A stretch of DNA of 64,000 nucleotides from Myxococcota bacterium (GCA_965223415.1 OZ245002.1:4832001-4896000), one strand, 5' to 3'. Counted from the stretch's first letter, positions 18,867 through 28,587 are shown. Numbers and translations are program-made. Notes: generated by a model not told the origin, from the sequence alone.

Positions 18867-20444
18867 GTGAGCTCGCGAACCCAGGACGCGCTGGCCTGTG
18901 GCCTGCTCACCGGCCTCTGGTGGCTGCCGGCCCTGGCCATCGGAATCGCCGGCGAGTTTCCGATCAGCGACGACTGGTCCTACGCCCACACCGTGCAGGT
19001 GCTGCTCGAGACGGGCCGCTTCGAGCGCCCCGCCTGGACGTGGGCGCCCAGCCTGACGAACGTGGCCCTGGGCACCGTGTTCGCCTGGCCCGGCGGCTTC
19101 TCCTACGCGGCGCTGCGGGCGAGCACGCTGTTCGCCGGCTGGCTCGGCGTGCTCGCGACCTACGGCCTCGCCCGGCGCACCGGAGCCGCTGCCGCCGGTG
19201 CGGCCCTCGCCGGCGCATGCCTCGCCGTGAACCCGATCTGCGTGAACCTCGCCTACACCTTCATGACGGACGTGGCCTTCGCCGCGCTCACCACCGGCAG
19301 CCTGCTGGCGATGGCGATCGCGCTGGGCGGCGGCCCGGCCCGGGCGTGGATCGGAGCGGGCGCCCTGGCCCTGGCGGCGGTGCTCTCCCGCCAGCCGGCG
19401 GTCATGCTGCCGGCCGCGGCGGCCGGCGCGCTGCTGCTCCGCCACCGCCACCGGCCCGCCGTCTGGATCGTCACCGGCGCCCTCGCCCTGCTGGGCCTGG
19501 GCGTCTACACGGCGCTCCCGTACCTGTACGGCAGCGGCGACGGCGGCCGGCACATGCGCATCGGCTGGTTCGTGCGCAACACCGTGCTCGCGCCCCACGC
19601 GCCCTACCACGTGGCCCGGGGCCTGCTCACCGCCGCGTCGGTGCTGGGCCTGTCGCTGCTCCCCGTGGCGGTGGCCCTCCGTCTGGATCGACGGGCCTGG
19701 CTCGGCGGCGGCCTCCTGGCGATGGCCCTCGCGGCGGTGGCGTGGATGCTCGGCCTCTCCGCCCCCTTCCACCTGGACGTCCTGCGGGCCGATCTCGGCC
19801 TGGGCGCCATGACCCTGCCGAGCCCGCCGGACGCCCCGGGATGGGCGGGGCCACTCTGGTGGGGGCTCGATGCTCTCGGCTGTGCGGTCATGGGAGCGCT
19901 CGCCTTTCAGGCGGCACTCGCCGGGGGCCGCTTCGCCGGGCGGCCGGACCTCTGGGCCCTGGCCGCGTTCCCGGCCCTGTGCTTGGCCGTGCTCCTCTTC
20001 CAGCATCCCTTCTTCGATCGCTGGGTGCTGGCCTTCGTCCCGCCGCTGGCCGCGATCGCGCTCCACGCCGCGCCCGCCGAGCTGCGGTGCGGGCCGGCGC
20101 TGGCCGGGGTCGCGCTCCTCGCCCTGTGGAGCTGGCTCGGCACCGCCGACGCGATGGACCACCACCGCGCCCGTTGGGAGCTGCTCGCCGAGCTCCAGGC
20201 CACCGGTGTCACGCCGGATCGCGTCGACGGCGGCTTCGAGTTCAACGGCCTCTACAACTTCGCCAAGGACGACCGGGACTGGTCCCGCTTCAAGCCGAAG
20301 CCCGGCTCCCGCTGGGTCGTCGACGACGAGTTCGTCGTGAGCCACGCCCCCACCCTCCCCGGCTACCAGCCCATCGCCGAGCGCAGCTACCCCCGGCGCC
20401 TTCCGCCCGGCAGCCGGACGATCCGCGTCCACCAGCGCCGCTGA
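18867..20444 (+). CDS. GT-C fold membrane glycosyltransferase (family 39-like)
   Basis: FPISDDWSY acidic loop, TFMTDV, SRQ, FDRW, VDGGFEFNG; many TM helices. Confidence 0.75.
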   Translation: MSSRTQDALACGLLTGLWWLPALAIGIAGEFPISDDWSYAHTVQVLLETGRFERPAWTWAPSLTNVALGTVFAWPGGFSYAALRASTLFAGWLGVLATYGLARRTGAAAAGAALAGACLAVNPICVNLAYTFMTDVAFAALTTGSLLAMAIALGGGPARAWIGAGALALAAVLSRQPAVMLPAAAAGALLLRHRHRPAVWIVTGALALLGLGVYTALPYLYGSGDGGRHMRIGWFVRNTVLAPHAPYHVARGLLTAASVLGLSLLPVAVALRLDRRAWLGGGLLAMALAAVAWMLGLSAPFHLDVLRADLGLGAMTLPSPPDAPGWAGPLWWGLDALGCAVMGALAFQAALAGGRFAGRPDLWALAAFPALCLAVLLFQHPFFDRWVLAFVPPLAAIALHAAPAELRCGPALAGVALLALWSWLGTADAMDHHRARWELLAELQATGVTPDRVDGGFEFNGLYNFAKDDRDWSRFKPKPGSRWVVDDEFVVSHAPTLPGYQPIAERSYPRRLPPGSRTIRVHQRR

Positions 20445-20469
20445 CCCAGCCGTGAGGACACGGCTGCCT

Positions 20470-21501
20470 CTACGGGCGACGGGCGAGCCGGAAGCCCGCG
20501 GCGGCTCCGATCGCCGTGAAGCCCAGGGCGGCCAGGGCAAGGAGCGTCCGGCGGGTCGGGCCGCCGAGTGCCCGTTCGAGCTTCTGGCCGATGCTGAGCT
20601 CTTCCGGAGCGAAGACCTTGCGGAAGCGGTCCGGGGCCTGCTTGCCCGTGGCGAGGGCGGCGGCGGTGCGGATGCGCAGGTCGACCCTGTCGCCGGCGAT
20701 GTCGACCACGACGAAGTTCTCGTGCTGGTAGTTCATGATCCGCGTCGACTCGAAGTTGCGGATCGTGCGGATGTGGGAGAAGCCCTCGACGGCGGACTGG
20801 ACGTAGTCGATGCCGTCGCGCTCGGTGTGGGAGAACTTGAGCGGGCCGAAATCGCCCGCGAAGACGGCGCGCACCGGATGGCCGGCGAGAACGGGGTGCA
20901 CCTCCCGCCACCAGGACGCGTCGGCCTCCCACCACAGCACGTGGTGGACGAAGGCGAACACGTGCCGGGCGTCGTCGTGCTCGGCCAGGGTGTCCCGGAT
21001 CCACTGCAGCTGGGCCGGGGGCAGGCCCTCCGTGCGCACCCAGTTGCGGGGAGAGGGCGTCGGGATCACGTCGTCGTAGTGGGTCGAGTCGAGCAGGAGG
21101 AAGAGGACGTCCCCCCGGCGGAGCGCCGCAGGCCGGGTGCCGTAGCGCTCCTGGAAGACGGCGGCGGTGGTCGGGTCGTTGATGTCGTGGTTGCCGGGCA
21201 CCATGTGAAGCGGCGCGCCGATCGGCGCGAGGGCCGTCTCCAGCGCCTGCCAGTCCCTCACGATGACCTCTCGATCGACCCGCTCGGCGTGGTAGTCCGC
21301 CCAGATCTGGTCGCCCGTGAGGAAGACCAGGTCCGGAGCCTCGGCGGCGACGTCGGCCGCGATCTCCCGGATCCACGGGTTCATCTCCCCGTTCTCGTTG
21401 CCGCGCAGGTGGCCCACGACCGCGAAGCGCAGCGAATCCTCCTGGGCCGGAAGCGACTGGGGCCACAGCAGGGCGAGGAGGAGCGGGATCAGCGCCTTCA
21501 C
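20470..21501 (-). CDS. Secreted, C-terminally anchored calcineurin-like metallophosphoesterase (atypical motifs)
   Basis: Signal peptide MKALIPLLLALLWPQSLPA; FLTGDQI, VPGNHD, FVHH; C-terminal TM plus basic tail. Confidence 0.85.
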   Translation of the reverse strand: MKALIPLLLALLWPQSLPAQEDSLRFAVVGHLRGNENGEMNPWIREIAADVAAEAPDLVFLTGDQIWADYHAERVDREVIVRDWQALETALAPIGAPLHMVPGNHDINDPTTAAVFQERYGTRPAALRRGDVLFLLLDSTHYDDVIPTPSPRNWVRTEGLPPAQLQWIRDTLAEHDDARHVFAFVHHVLWWEADASWWREVHPVLAGHPVRAVFAGDFGPLKFSHTERDGIDYVQSAVEGFSHIRTIRNFESTRIMNYQHENFVVVDIAGDRVDLRIRTAAALATGKQAPDRFRKVFAPEELSIGQKLERALGGPTRRTLLALAALGFTAIGAAAGFRLARRP

Positions 21502-24476
21502 TCGTTCCCCTCGCGAAGGTAGAGCCCGTGGATGCGAAGCTCCGCCGGGCCCGTGCGCTGCTCCTCTCCCTCGGCGCGGAGCACGAGCTCGGAGAGGCCC
21601 TCGTCGGGAAGGCGCACGGCCGCGAGCCGCCGCTCGCCGCGCTCCGCCGTGGGCGGCAGCTCGAGCTCACCGGCGCCCGCCGGCCCGCGCCAGCGGAGCC
21701 CCGCCTGAGCGATGCCACGCGTCGCATACTCGACCACCAGGGTCGCGCCGCCCCGCGCCTCGGACCAGGCCCGGCGCACCTCCGCCGGCCCGCGCCGGGG
21801 CTGGAGGACGAGGTCGCCGTCGCGCTTGGCCAGCCGCGCCCGGTCGCCGCGCAGGGCCCAGCCGTCCCAGGCCTCGTGGAAGTCGTCGTCGAAGCGCAGC
21901 TCGGCCCCGGGTGCGCCGGCGATCCAGGGCGGCGGGGCCGGCAGCTCCTCCCGCGTGCGGGTGGAGGCCTCGTCCGCCTCGTAGTCCAGCTCGTTCCCCG
22001 CCAGGGCCGGACCGATCCATTTCGCTTGCCCGCCGCCGCCGTAGCGCCAGTTCTTCACCTTCTGGTTCAAGCCGACGCGGTTGCCCTGCACCTGGTTGCC
22101 GACCAGCCAGGGCCGCGAGCGGTCCTTCACCTCGAGCCCGGTGACGCACCCGCGGATCGCGTTGTCCTCGATCCAGGGCTCGCTGGCTTCGCCGATCGAG
22201 ATGCCCTTGTCCCCCGAGCCCGTGATGTGGTTGCCGACGATCCGCGGGTCGGAGGTCATCAGGTCGATGGCGTCGTTGCCGGCGGCCTCGAAGCGGTTCC
22301 GGGCGATCACGCCCGTGCTGTAGTCGTAGTCCACTGCATCGGCGTTGGTGCGCCGGAAATGGCTGCCTTCGATGTCGACCTCGGCGTGGACGGCGTTGAA
22401 CGCGTCGTCGGAGCGGAGGTTGTCCTCGAAGGCGCACGCCGAGAAGCGCACGTCCCGGGCCCAGTGGACGTCGACCATGCCCTTGAACTCCACCGCGTCC
22501 AGTTCGGCACCGCCGCCCCTCGCGAAGGTCACGTGGGCGAAGCGGCTGCCGCTGGCCGCGGGTCCCAGCAGGGCCACGGCCCCCCAGGGCCGCGCGGGAT
22601 CCAGGGCCTCGATGCGGATCGGTGCCTCGGCGGTGCCCTCGGCGAGGACGCGCCCCCGCGAGAAGATCGAGACGTCCGGAGCCAGGCGCAGGACCGTGCC
22701 CGGGGCGATGGTGAGGCTGCCGCCCGCTTCGATCCGGATCGTCTCGTGGATCTCCTGCTCTCCGGCCAGACGAAGGGCGCGGGGCTCGGGCTCCGGGAAC
22801 GCCCAGGCGTGGAAGCCGACCGTCGCAGCGGGAGTCGCCGGCGGAAGGAGCGAGGCGGAGATCGGCGAACCCGTGAGGGCGTTCTGGAACACGGGACGCC
22901 CGGGGCCCTCGACGAAGAAGCGGTAGTCGGCCGGCGCCGCCTCGATGCGCCAGGCGGTGGTGTCGGCGGCCGGAAGCAGCCGCAGCGGGAGCGAGACGAG
23001 GGGGTCCGCGTCGTCGAGACGCCCGTTGCGATTGCGGTCGGCGCGAAGCTTCGTCCTGGCGTCGGCCCCTTCCAGCGCCGCGAAGGACACCGCGGCGCGC
23101 CCGCTGACGCGCACGTCCAGCAGGCCGTCGTCTCCGGCCCCCACGGCCACCCGCGCGTCGTCCACCCAGGCCGCGAGCGTCGCGGCATTGGCCTCGAGGC
23201 GCGCCCGCACCTCCGCCGGCGGGGCGAGGTCCGGCACCGTCCCGGAGCGCAGGGCCTCGTAGGCCAGGGGGCCCGCGAAGCGCTCCTCCGCGCGCTCCAG
23301 CCGGGCCGCCACGCCGTCCAGCAGGGTGCCGTCCGAGCGCCTCCGCGCGATCTCGTCCATCACCGCATCGAGGAGCCGCGGGTCCCGCAGGAGCGAGGTG
23401 AAGCCCGTGTTCAGCGGATGCTGGGGCTCCGCATCGAGGGACAGCAGGCGGATGTCCCACACGATCGGGTGCACCCGGCCGCTCGATGGATCCTCGTACC
23501 AGAACTGGTTGTGGAGGTTCGTCATGTGGTACGGGTCGCCGGCCACGAGCAGGAACGCGAGGAGCCGCGCGATCTCCTCCCGGTCGAGGATCTGCCAGGC
23601 CCGGTCCAGCTCCGCCGGGGTGCCCGCCGCCACGGCCGTGAGGAGCCGCTCCAGCCCGGAGGCCGCGGGACGGGTCGGCCGCTCGTTCTTCGCGACCCGG
23701 TCCCAGACCGCCGGGTTGCGCCACAGGTTGCGCTGTACGCCGCGGAAGCTCTCGCCCCGCTCGGCGGTGTCGCCCCGGAACACGTCGCCGGGCATGCGCC
23801 GGAGGCGGCGGAGCAGCGATTCGTCGATCACCTCGGTGGCCCGGAAGAGCCCGTAGAAGCGGTCGTTCACGAAGACCGGCGCCAGGAAGGTCTCCGGCGC
23901 GAGCAGCCCGTAGTGCCCCGCCAGGCCGTTCACCGCCACCTGCTCCACCGGCGTCTTCACCGAGTAGACCAGCCGGCGACGGCCCTTGTAGAGGCGCTTG
24001 CGCGGCGTCTTCAGCGTGAAGGACTTCTTCGGCGTCAGCCAGTGCACGCCGGTGTCCCCGCGCTTGCGCAGCTTGACCGGATGCAGCTCGCGCCCGCGCA
24101 CCACCGACGCCTCGACCCACTCGCCGGACAGGGCGAGCGGTGCGTCCTGCCAGGTGTTCCACACGTCCCGGTCCACGTGCAGTCTCAGCCAACGCGGGTC
24201 GGGGGATTCCGCGTCGAGCCGCAGGCGGAGCGCGAGCGCCTCCGGAAGGTGCGCGAGGGTGGCGATGCGGGCGTCGGCCAACCGGCCCAGGCTCTCGGTG
24301 CGCGTCCACCAGTCCTGGAAGCTCCGGGCGTCGAGGTACCGGGCGACGGGCGTGCCGACCAGGAACGTGAGCACGAGCCAGAGCGGCAGGGAGAGCACGA
24401 AGGCGTCCCATAGCCGGAAGCTCCTCCAGCGCAGCCGGCGCGCGCCGAAGAAACGGGCGCGGTCCCGCGCGATCAC
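21498..24476 (-). CDS. CotH-family kinase fused to right-handed beta-helix domain
   Basis: N-terminal TM; KLRKRGD..HW...KKSFTLK, VFVNDRFYGLF...E, HNQFWYEDP...HPIVWD; beta-helix repeats DDAFN, DAVDYDYS, DAIDLMTS, DKGISIGE, GLEVKD; GTG start overlaps upstream stop. Confidence 0.85.
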   Translation of the reverse strand: MIARDRARFFGARRLRWRSFRLWDAFVLSLPLWLVLTFLVGTPVARYLDARSFQDWWTRTESLGRLADARIATLAHLPEALALRLRLDAESPDPRWLRLHVDRDVWNTWQDAPLALSGEWVEASVVRGRELHPVKLRKRGDTGVHWLTPKKSFTLKTPRKRLYKGRRRLVYSVKTPVEQVAVNGLAGHYGLLAPETFLAPVFVNDRFYGLFRATEVIDESLLRRLRRMPGDVFRGDTAERGESFRGVQRNLWRNPAVWDRVAKNERPTRPAASGLERLLTAVAAGTPAELDRAWQILDREEIARLLAFLLVAGDPYHMTNLHNQFWYEDPSSGRVHPIVWDIRLLSLDAEPQHPLNTGFTSLLRDPRLLDAVMDEIARRRSDGTLLDGVAARLERAEERFAGPLAYEALRSGTVPDLAPPAEVRARLEANAATLAAWVDDARVAVGAGDDGLLDVRVSGRAAVSFAALEGADARTKLRADRNRNGRLDDADPLVSLPLRLLPAADTTAWRIEAAPADYRFFVEGPGRPVFQNALTGSPISASLLPPATPAATVGFHAWAFPEPEPRALRLAGEQEIHETIRIEAGGSLTIAPGTVLRLAPDVSIFSRGRVLAEGTAEAPIRIEALDPARPWGAVALLGPAASGSRFAHVTFARGGGAELDAVEFKGMVDVHWARDVRFSACAFEDNLRSDDAFNAVHAEVDIEGSHFRRTNADAVDYDYSTGVIARNRFEAAGNDAIDLMTSDPRIVGNHITGSGDKGISIGEASEPWIEDNAIRGCVTGLEVKDRSRPWLVGNQVQGNRVGLNQKVKNWRYGGGGQAKWIGPALAGNELDYEADEASTRTREELPAPPPWIAGAPGAELRFDDDFHEAWDGWALRGDRARLAKRDGDLVLQPRRGPAEVRRAWSEARGGATLVVEYATRGIAQAGLRWRGPAGAGELELPPTAERGERRLAAVRLPDEGLSELVLRAEGEEQRTGPAELRIHGLYLREGNE

Positions 24477-25372
24477 GTCGGGTCTCCCGCAAAGGCGTCG
24501 GCGGGCGGCTCCTGCACCCGGGTGCGAGCCTCCAAGCGGGCCAGTCGGTCCCAGTCCGTGAGGTTGCGGCAGGCGCGGCGCACCGTGTCCCACAGCGTGG
24601 CATCCACCGGCTTGAACACGCGCAGGGTCGCCCGCTCTCGCCCGTCCGGGTCGACCCGCCGCTCCAGGGTCTCCAGGGGCGCGGCGGCGGCGAGCTCCCC
24701 CGAGCCCGGATCGAGCAGGAAGGTGTGGGGCGCGCCGTCCGCCTGCACCCATACGTCTTGGGGCTCGCCTCCGCGGACGAGCTGCACCATGCCCCACGCG
24801 TCGAGGTAGCGCTCGTAGGCCGCGACGGCGCCGGCCGCATCACCCCGGTCCGCGTGGTCCTGCACCACGCGGCGAACCGTGGGCAGGTGATTCGGATGGA
24901 TCGCGAGCACCCGCGCCCAGGCCTCGCGGGCCTCCTCCAGCTCGCCGAGCTCCGCCGCCACCTCGCCGTGCAGGGCGTGGAAGGCGAAGTTGCGCGGCTC
25001 GAAGGCGGTGAGCCGGCGGAGGGTCGCGAGGGTGCGCCCCTTCCGCCCCTTCGCCCGGTGAACCCGAGCCATGGCCTCGAGCACCCGAGCGCGCTGGCTG
25101 GCGAGGCCGTGCTTGATGTGGCGGGCCGGGAGCCGGCGATCGAGCCGGAGGAGCATGGCTTCCGCCGCCTCCAGGTCGCCCTCCCCGAGCCGCGTCACCG
25201 CCGCATCCACCCGCAGGGCCCAGGCCGCCTCGGCCCGGTAGCTGACTTTCTTGGCCTGGACCGACACCCAGCCACGCACCCCCGGGACCAGCCAGAGCGC
25301 CAGGGCGCCGGCCACGGCGGCCAGGTACGCCACGGCCAGGGTGCGTTCGTGGCGCCGGAGCCCGCGAAGCAT
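24473..25372 (-). CDS. Membrane-anchored tetratricopeptide repeat protein
   Basis: N-terminal TM LAVAYLAAVAGALALWLV; TPR-like helices LTAFEPRN..HGEVAAELGELEEAREAWARVLAIHPNH; ATG overlaps DUF4956 stop. Confidence 0.78.
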   Translation of the reverse strand: MLRGLRRHERTLAVAYLAAVAGALALWLVPGVRGWVSVQAKKVSYRAEAAWALRVDAAVTRLGEGDLEAAEAMLLRLDRRLPARHIKHGLASQRARVLEAMARVHRAKGRKGRTLATLRRLTAFEPRNFAFHALHGEVAAELGELEEAREAWARVLAIHPNHLPTVRRVVQDHADRGDAAGAVAAYERYLDAWGMVQLVRGGEPQDVWVQADGAPHTFLLDPGSGELAAAAPLETLERRVDPDGRERATLRVFKPVDATLWDTVRRACRNLTDWDRLARLEARTRVQEPPADAFAGDPT

Positions 25373-26067
25373 CAGACGTTGACGCTCTCCTGTCCGACGA
25401 GCAGCACGACCTTCTGGTTGCCGTTGATCGCGCGGATGCCGTTCAGGAGCTCCGTCTGGTCCGCGTCGTCCTTGAGGCGGATCGAGTAGACCAGCTCGAG
25501 GAGTGCGCCACCGCGGATGGTCTCGACGCTCACCAGCGAGTGATCGCGCAGGTGGGCGTAGAAGACCTCGTCGAAGATGCGATGGTGGTCGAGGTTCTCG
25601 GGCAGGTGGACCTTGAGCAGCACCTCCGAGCCGCTGGCGGAGCCGACGTCGAAGCGGTGGAGCACGTAGATCATCGCGCATACGGCCACCGTGAAGATCA
25701 GCGCGGCCTGGAAGAAGCCGGTGCCGGTCGCCATGCCGATGGCCATGGTGATGAAGATGAAGGCAACGTCCCGCGACTCCTTCACCGCGTTGCGGAAGCG
25801 GATGATCGAGAGCGCGCCCACGAGGGCGAAGGCCCGGGCGATGTTCGAGCCGATGATGAGCATGATGATCGACACGGTCACGCTCATCAGGATCATGGTG
25901 TGCACGAACGCCGTGGAGTAGGAGAGCCCGCGGTGGGTCTCCCGGTAGAAGTAGGCGACGACCAGGCTCAGGAAGAAGGCCAGGCCCAGGGCCAGCAGGA
26001 TCTCCCAGGCCGTGAAGCCCGCGTCCACACCGGGTCCGCGTAGCGCCTCGTTGATCCACTCGTCCAT
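25372..26067 (-). CDS. DUF4956 family membrane protein
   Basis: 4-5 TM helices with IGSNIARAFALVGALSIIRFRNAVKESRD..FIF...AIGMATG signature, plus C-terminal soluble domain. Confidence 0.88.
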   Translation of the reverse strand: MDEWINEALRGPGVDAGFTAWEILLALGLAFFLSLVVAYFYRETHRGLSYSTAFVHTMILMSVTVSIIMLIIGSNIARAFALVGALSIIRFRNAVKESRDVAFIFITMAIGMATGTGFFQAALIFTVAVCAMIYVLHRFDVGSASGSEVLLKVHLPENLDHHRIFDEVFYAHLRDHSLVSVETIRGGALLELVYSIRLKDDADQTELLNGIRAINGNQKVVLLVGQESVNV

Positions 26068-26145
26068 CGGTCGGCATTCCCTCCCCGTGCCGGCGCGGCG
26101 GCGGCCGGCGGGCGTCGGCCCGGGTGAAGACCCGGAGGCGGCGGC

Positions 26146-26871
26146 TCAGGTGAGCTCGCCGCCAAAGTACTCCTTATCGACCGCCGTGCAGTACTTCGAC
26201 ATGCGAATCATCTGCAGATCGAAGTCGGCGATGAGGCGACAGAGCCACAGCGGCACCGTGTGGTTGTACTTCACCTCGAGGATCGCCTGGTCCGGCGCGA
26301 TCAGGGCCTTGGCCGGCTCGGCCTTGTGCCGCAGGGTGAGATCCTTCGGGTGGAATTGCACCCGGGTGTCGAACGTGATGCGCAGGTCCGACTCGTTGGC
26401 GGCGAAGTAGGCCTGGCGCTGGTAGGAGGTTCCCATGGCGGGTCGAAGATCGTAGTGGCGCCACAGGAAGAGGATCTCCTGGAGCACGCGGTCGTCGGCG
26501 TCGGACAGCTCGCCCTCGGGCAGGGAGCCTTCGAAGAAGACCTCGAGCACCCGCTCCAGGGGCCAGCGGATCCGCCGCTTCTGGAGCGTGCGGTCGATCC
26601 GCTGCTTGATCTCGATCCAGACCTGGTCGCTCTCGCCATAGCGCCGGAAGCGCACCTTCCGACGGAACTTCAGGCCCTCGATCTTCTCCCAGAAGCAGGC
26701 CCACTCGGGCGAATCGGCGTAGATCGAGTAGATCGGGTAGCCGCCGCCCTGCCCGTTGTTCGGATCCGGGACGACGTAGCTGCCGAGGGCGTCGACGAAG
26801 CGACCGATCGTCGCGTGGGGCACGACGTACTTCAGCTCGAGCCGGTTGAAGTCCTTGATCTCTCTGGCCAC
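26146..26871 (-). CDS. VTC domain (polyphosphate polymerase domain) protein
   Basis: RLELKY, IYSIYADS, EKIEG..RRKVRFRRY, WIEIK, YQRQAY, LRITFD, ILEVKY, MSKYC; GAGGGA RBS before GTG 26871. Confidence 0.92.
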   Translation of the reverse strand: MAREIKDFNRLELKYVVPHATIGRFVDALGSYVVPDPNNGQGGGYPIYSIYADSPEWACFWEKIEGLKFRRKVRFRRYGESDQVWIEIKQRIDRTLQKRRIRWPLERVLEVFFEGSLPEGELSDADDRVLQEILFLWRHYDLRPAMGTSYQRQAYFAANESDLRITFDTRVQFHPKDLTLRHKAEPAKALIAPDQAILEVKYNHTVPLWLCRLIADFDLQMIRMSKYCTAVDKEYFGGELT

Positions 26872-26948
26872 GGTCCCTCGCTCGCCCTGGGCATCGGCAG
26901 GCCCGACGGGCGAATGAAGGTAGCGACAGGGCCGGTACCCTCCGGCCT

Positions 26949-28571
26949 GTGAGCTCCGGGGACGCGAAGCGGGCGCGAGCACGGGATGCGGTCCTCGCCG
27001 CGGGCCTCGCGCTTGCGGCCTTCGCGGCGTTCGCGACCGGGTGGCACGAGGGCCTCTACGGAGGCGTCGCCGAGGTGGGCGCGAAGCGGGTCCTGGCAGG
27101 GGACCTACCGTACCGGGACTTCTGGACGATCTACGCGCCGGGGCAGTTCTACCTCCTGGCCGGGCTCTTCCGCCTGCTCGGGCCCTTCTGGTGGGTGAGC
27201 GTCGCGGCGGCCAGCGTCCTCGCCGCCGCCGGTGTCGCCGCGGTGTACGCCGCCGGCCGCTGCGCGGGAGCCGGGCGCGGGCCCGCGCTCGCGGCGGGCC
27301 TCGTCGTGGCGGCGGCGGTGGCCGCCACGCCCTTCGCCCGTTCCTGCGGCAGCTACCCGCCAGCCCTGCCGCTCGTGGTCGGGGCCTGGGCGCTGGCGAT
27401 CCGCGGCGGGCGGCGGGCGCTCCTGGGCGCAGGGGCCTGCCTGGGGCTGGCGGCGCTCTTCAAGCACGACGTCGCCGGCTACGCGGCGGTCGGCATCGCG
27501 GTCTTCGGCACGCTCCGACGACAGGCCGAGGGCGCGCCGCTCCGGGACGGCCTGCGCGCGCCCCTGCCCGTCGCCGGCGGCGCCCTGGCGATGTTCGCGC
27601 CGCCGATGGCCCTGCTCGCCGTCCACGCGGGCCCGGACCTGGTGCAGGATCTCGTCCGCTTCCCCCTCGGCGATTTCTCCGCCTCCCGGCCCGAGCGCTT
27701 CCCGCTCTGGCCCGCGAGCCTGGCCAAGCCGGACGTGCCGATCGTCCTCCGGGCGGTGGATGTCGGCAACAGCCTGGGATTCTGGCTGCCATGGCTGGCA
27801 TGGCTCCCGGTCGCCTGGGCCGCCGCCCGCCGGCCGGCCCGGTGCCCGCTGGCCCTGGGTCTCTTCGCGAGCTTCCTGCTGCACATGCTGGCCGCTCGCG
27901 TGCAGATCAACACCCACGCGATCTCCTGGACCGTCTATCCCGCCCTGGCCCTCGCCGCCCTGTGGCGCCGGGAAGCGCCCCTCCCCTGGCGGGGCGCCGG
28001 GCTCGCGCTGGCGGTGGCTCTGCTGGCGAGCCACGCGGTCGGGCCGGCCGTGCGCGGGCTGACGGATCCGCGCCCGCGGATCGCCCATCCGCTGCCCGCC
28101 GCCGGGGGCCTGCGTGTGCCGGAGCCCCACACCGCCCACCTCGCCCAGCTCGCCGGCTGGGTCGAGCGCACCGTGCCGCCGGACGCGCGGATCTTCGCCG
28201 GTGCCGCGCGCCACGACTCCCTGCTCAACAGCCCGATCCGGCTCTACTTCCTACTCGAGCGCCAGCCAGCCGTCCGCTACCAGGAGCTCCACCCGGCGGT
28301 CGCGGACACCGCTCTGGTGCAGCGCGAGATGATCGCCGACCTGCAAGCGAGCCAGGCGCCCCTGGTCGTCCTGCGCAGCACCGTCTCCGACGCCCACCTC
28401 GACGCCTGGCTCGCCCAGCTGCGCCAGCACGTTCCGGAGGCGGGCGCGACCCTGCTGGATGCCTATCTCGCCTGTGCCTACGAGGAGAAGGAGCGGCTGG
28501 GGCCGTTCCGCGTGCGGGTGCGCCGCGCCGGCGACCGCAGCGGATGCGTCCCGGCGTCACCGGCTCGTTAG
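26949..28571 (+). CDS. GT-C-like integral membrane protein
   Basis: HEG...RVLAGDLPYRDFWTIYAPG, LFKHDV; multi-TM N-terminus with soluble C-terminal domain. Confidence 0.7.
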   Translation: MSSGDAKRARARDAVLAAGLALAAFAAFATGWHEGLYGGVAEVGAKRVLAGDLPYRDFWTIYAPGQFYLLAGLFRLLGPFWWVSVAAASVLAAAGVAAVYAAGRCAGAGRGPALAAGLVVAAAVAATPFARSCGSYPPALPLVVGAWALAIRGGRRALLGAGACLGLAALFKHDVAGYAAVGIAVFGTLRRQAEGAPLRDGLRAPLPVAGGALAMFAPPMALLAVHAGPDLVQDLVRFPLGDFSASRPERFPLWPASLAKPDVPIVLRAVDVGNSLGFWLPWLAWLPVAWAAARRPARCPLALGLFASFLLHMLAARVQINTHAISWTVYPALALAALWRREAPLPWRGAGLALAVALLASHAVGPAVRGLTDPRPRIAHPLPAAGGLRVPEPHTAHLAQLAGWVERTVPPDARIFAGAARHDSLLNSPIRLYFLLERQPAVRYQELHPAVADTALVQREMIADLQASQAPLVVLRSTVSDAHLDAWLAQLRQHVPEAGATLLDAYLACAYEEKERLGPFRVRVRRAGDRSGCVPASPAR

Positions 28572-28587
28572 GCGCGGAACGCGCCGC

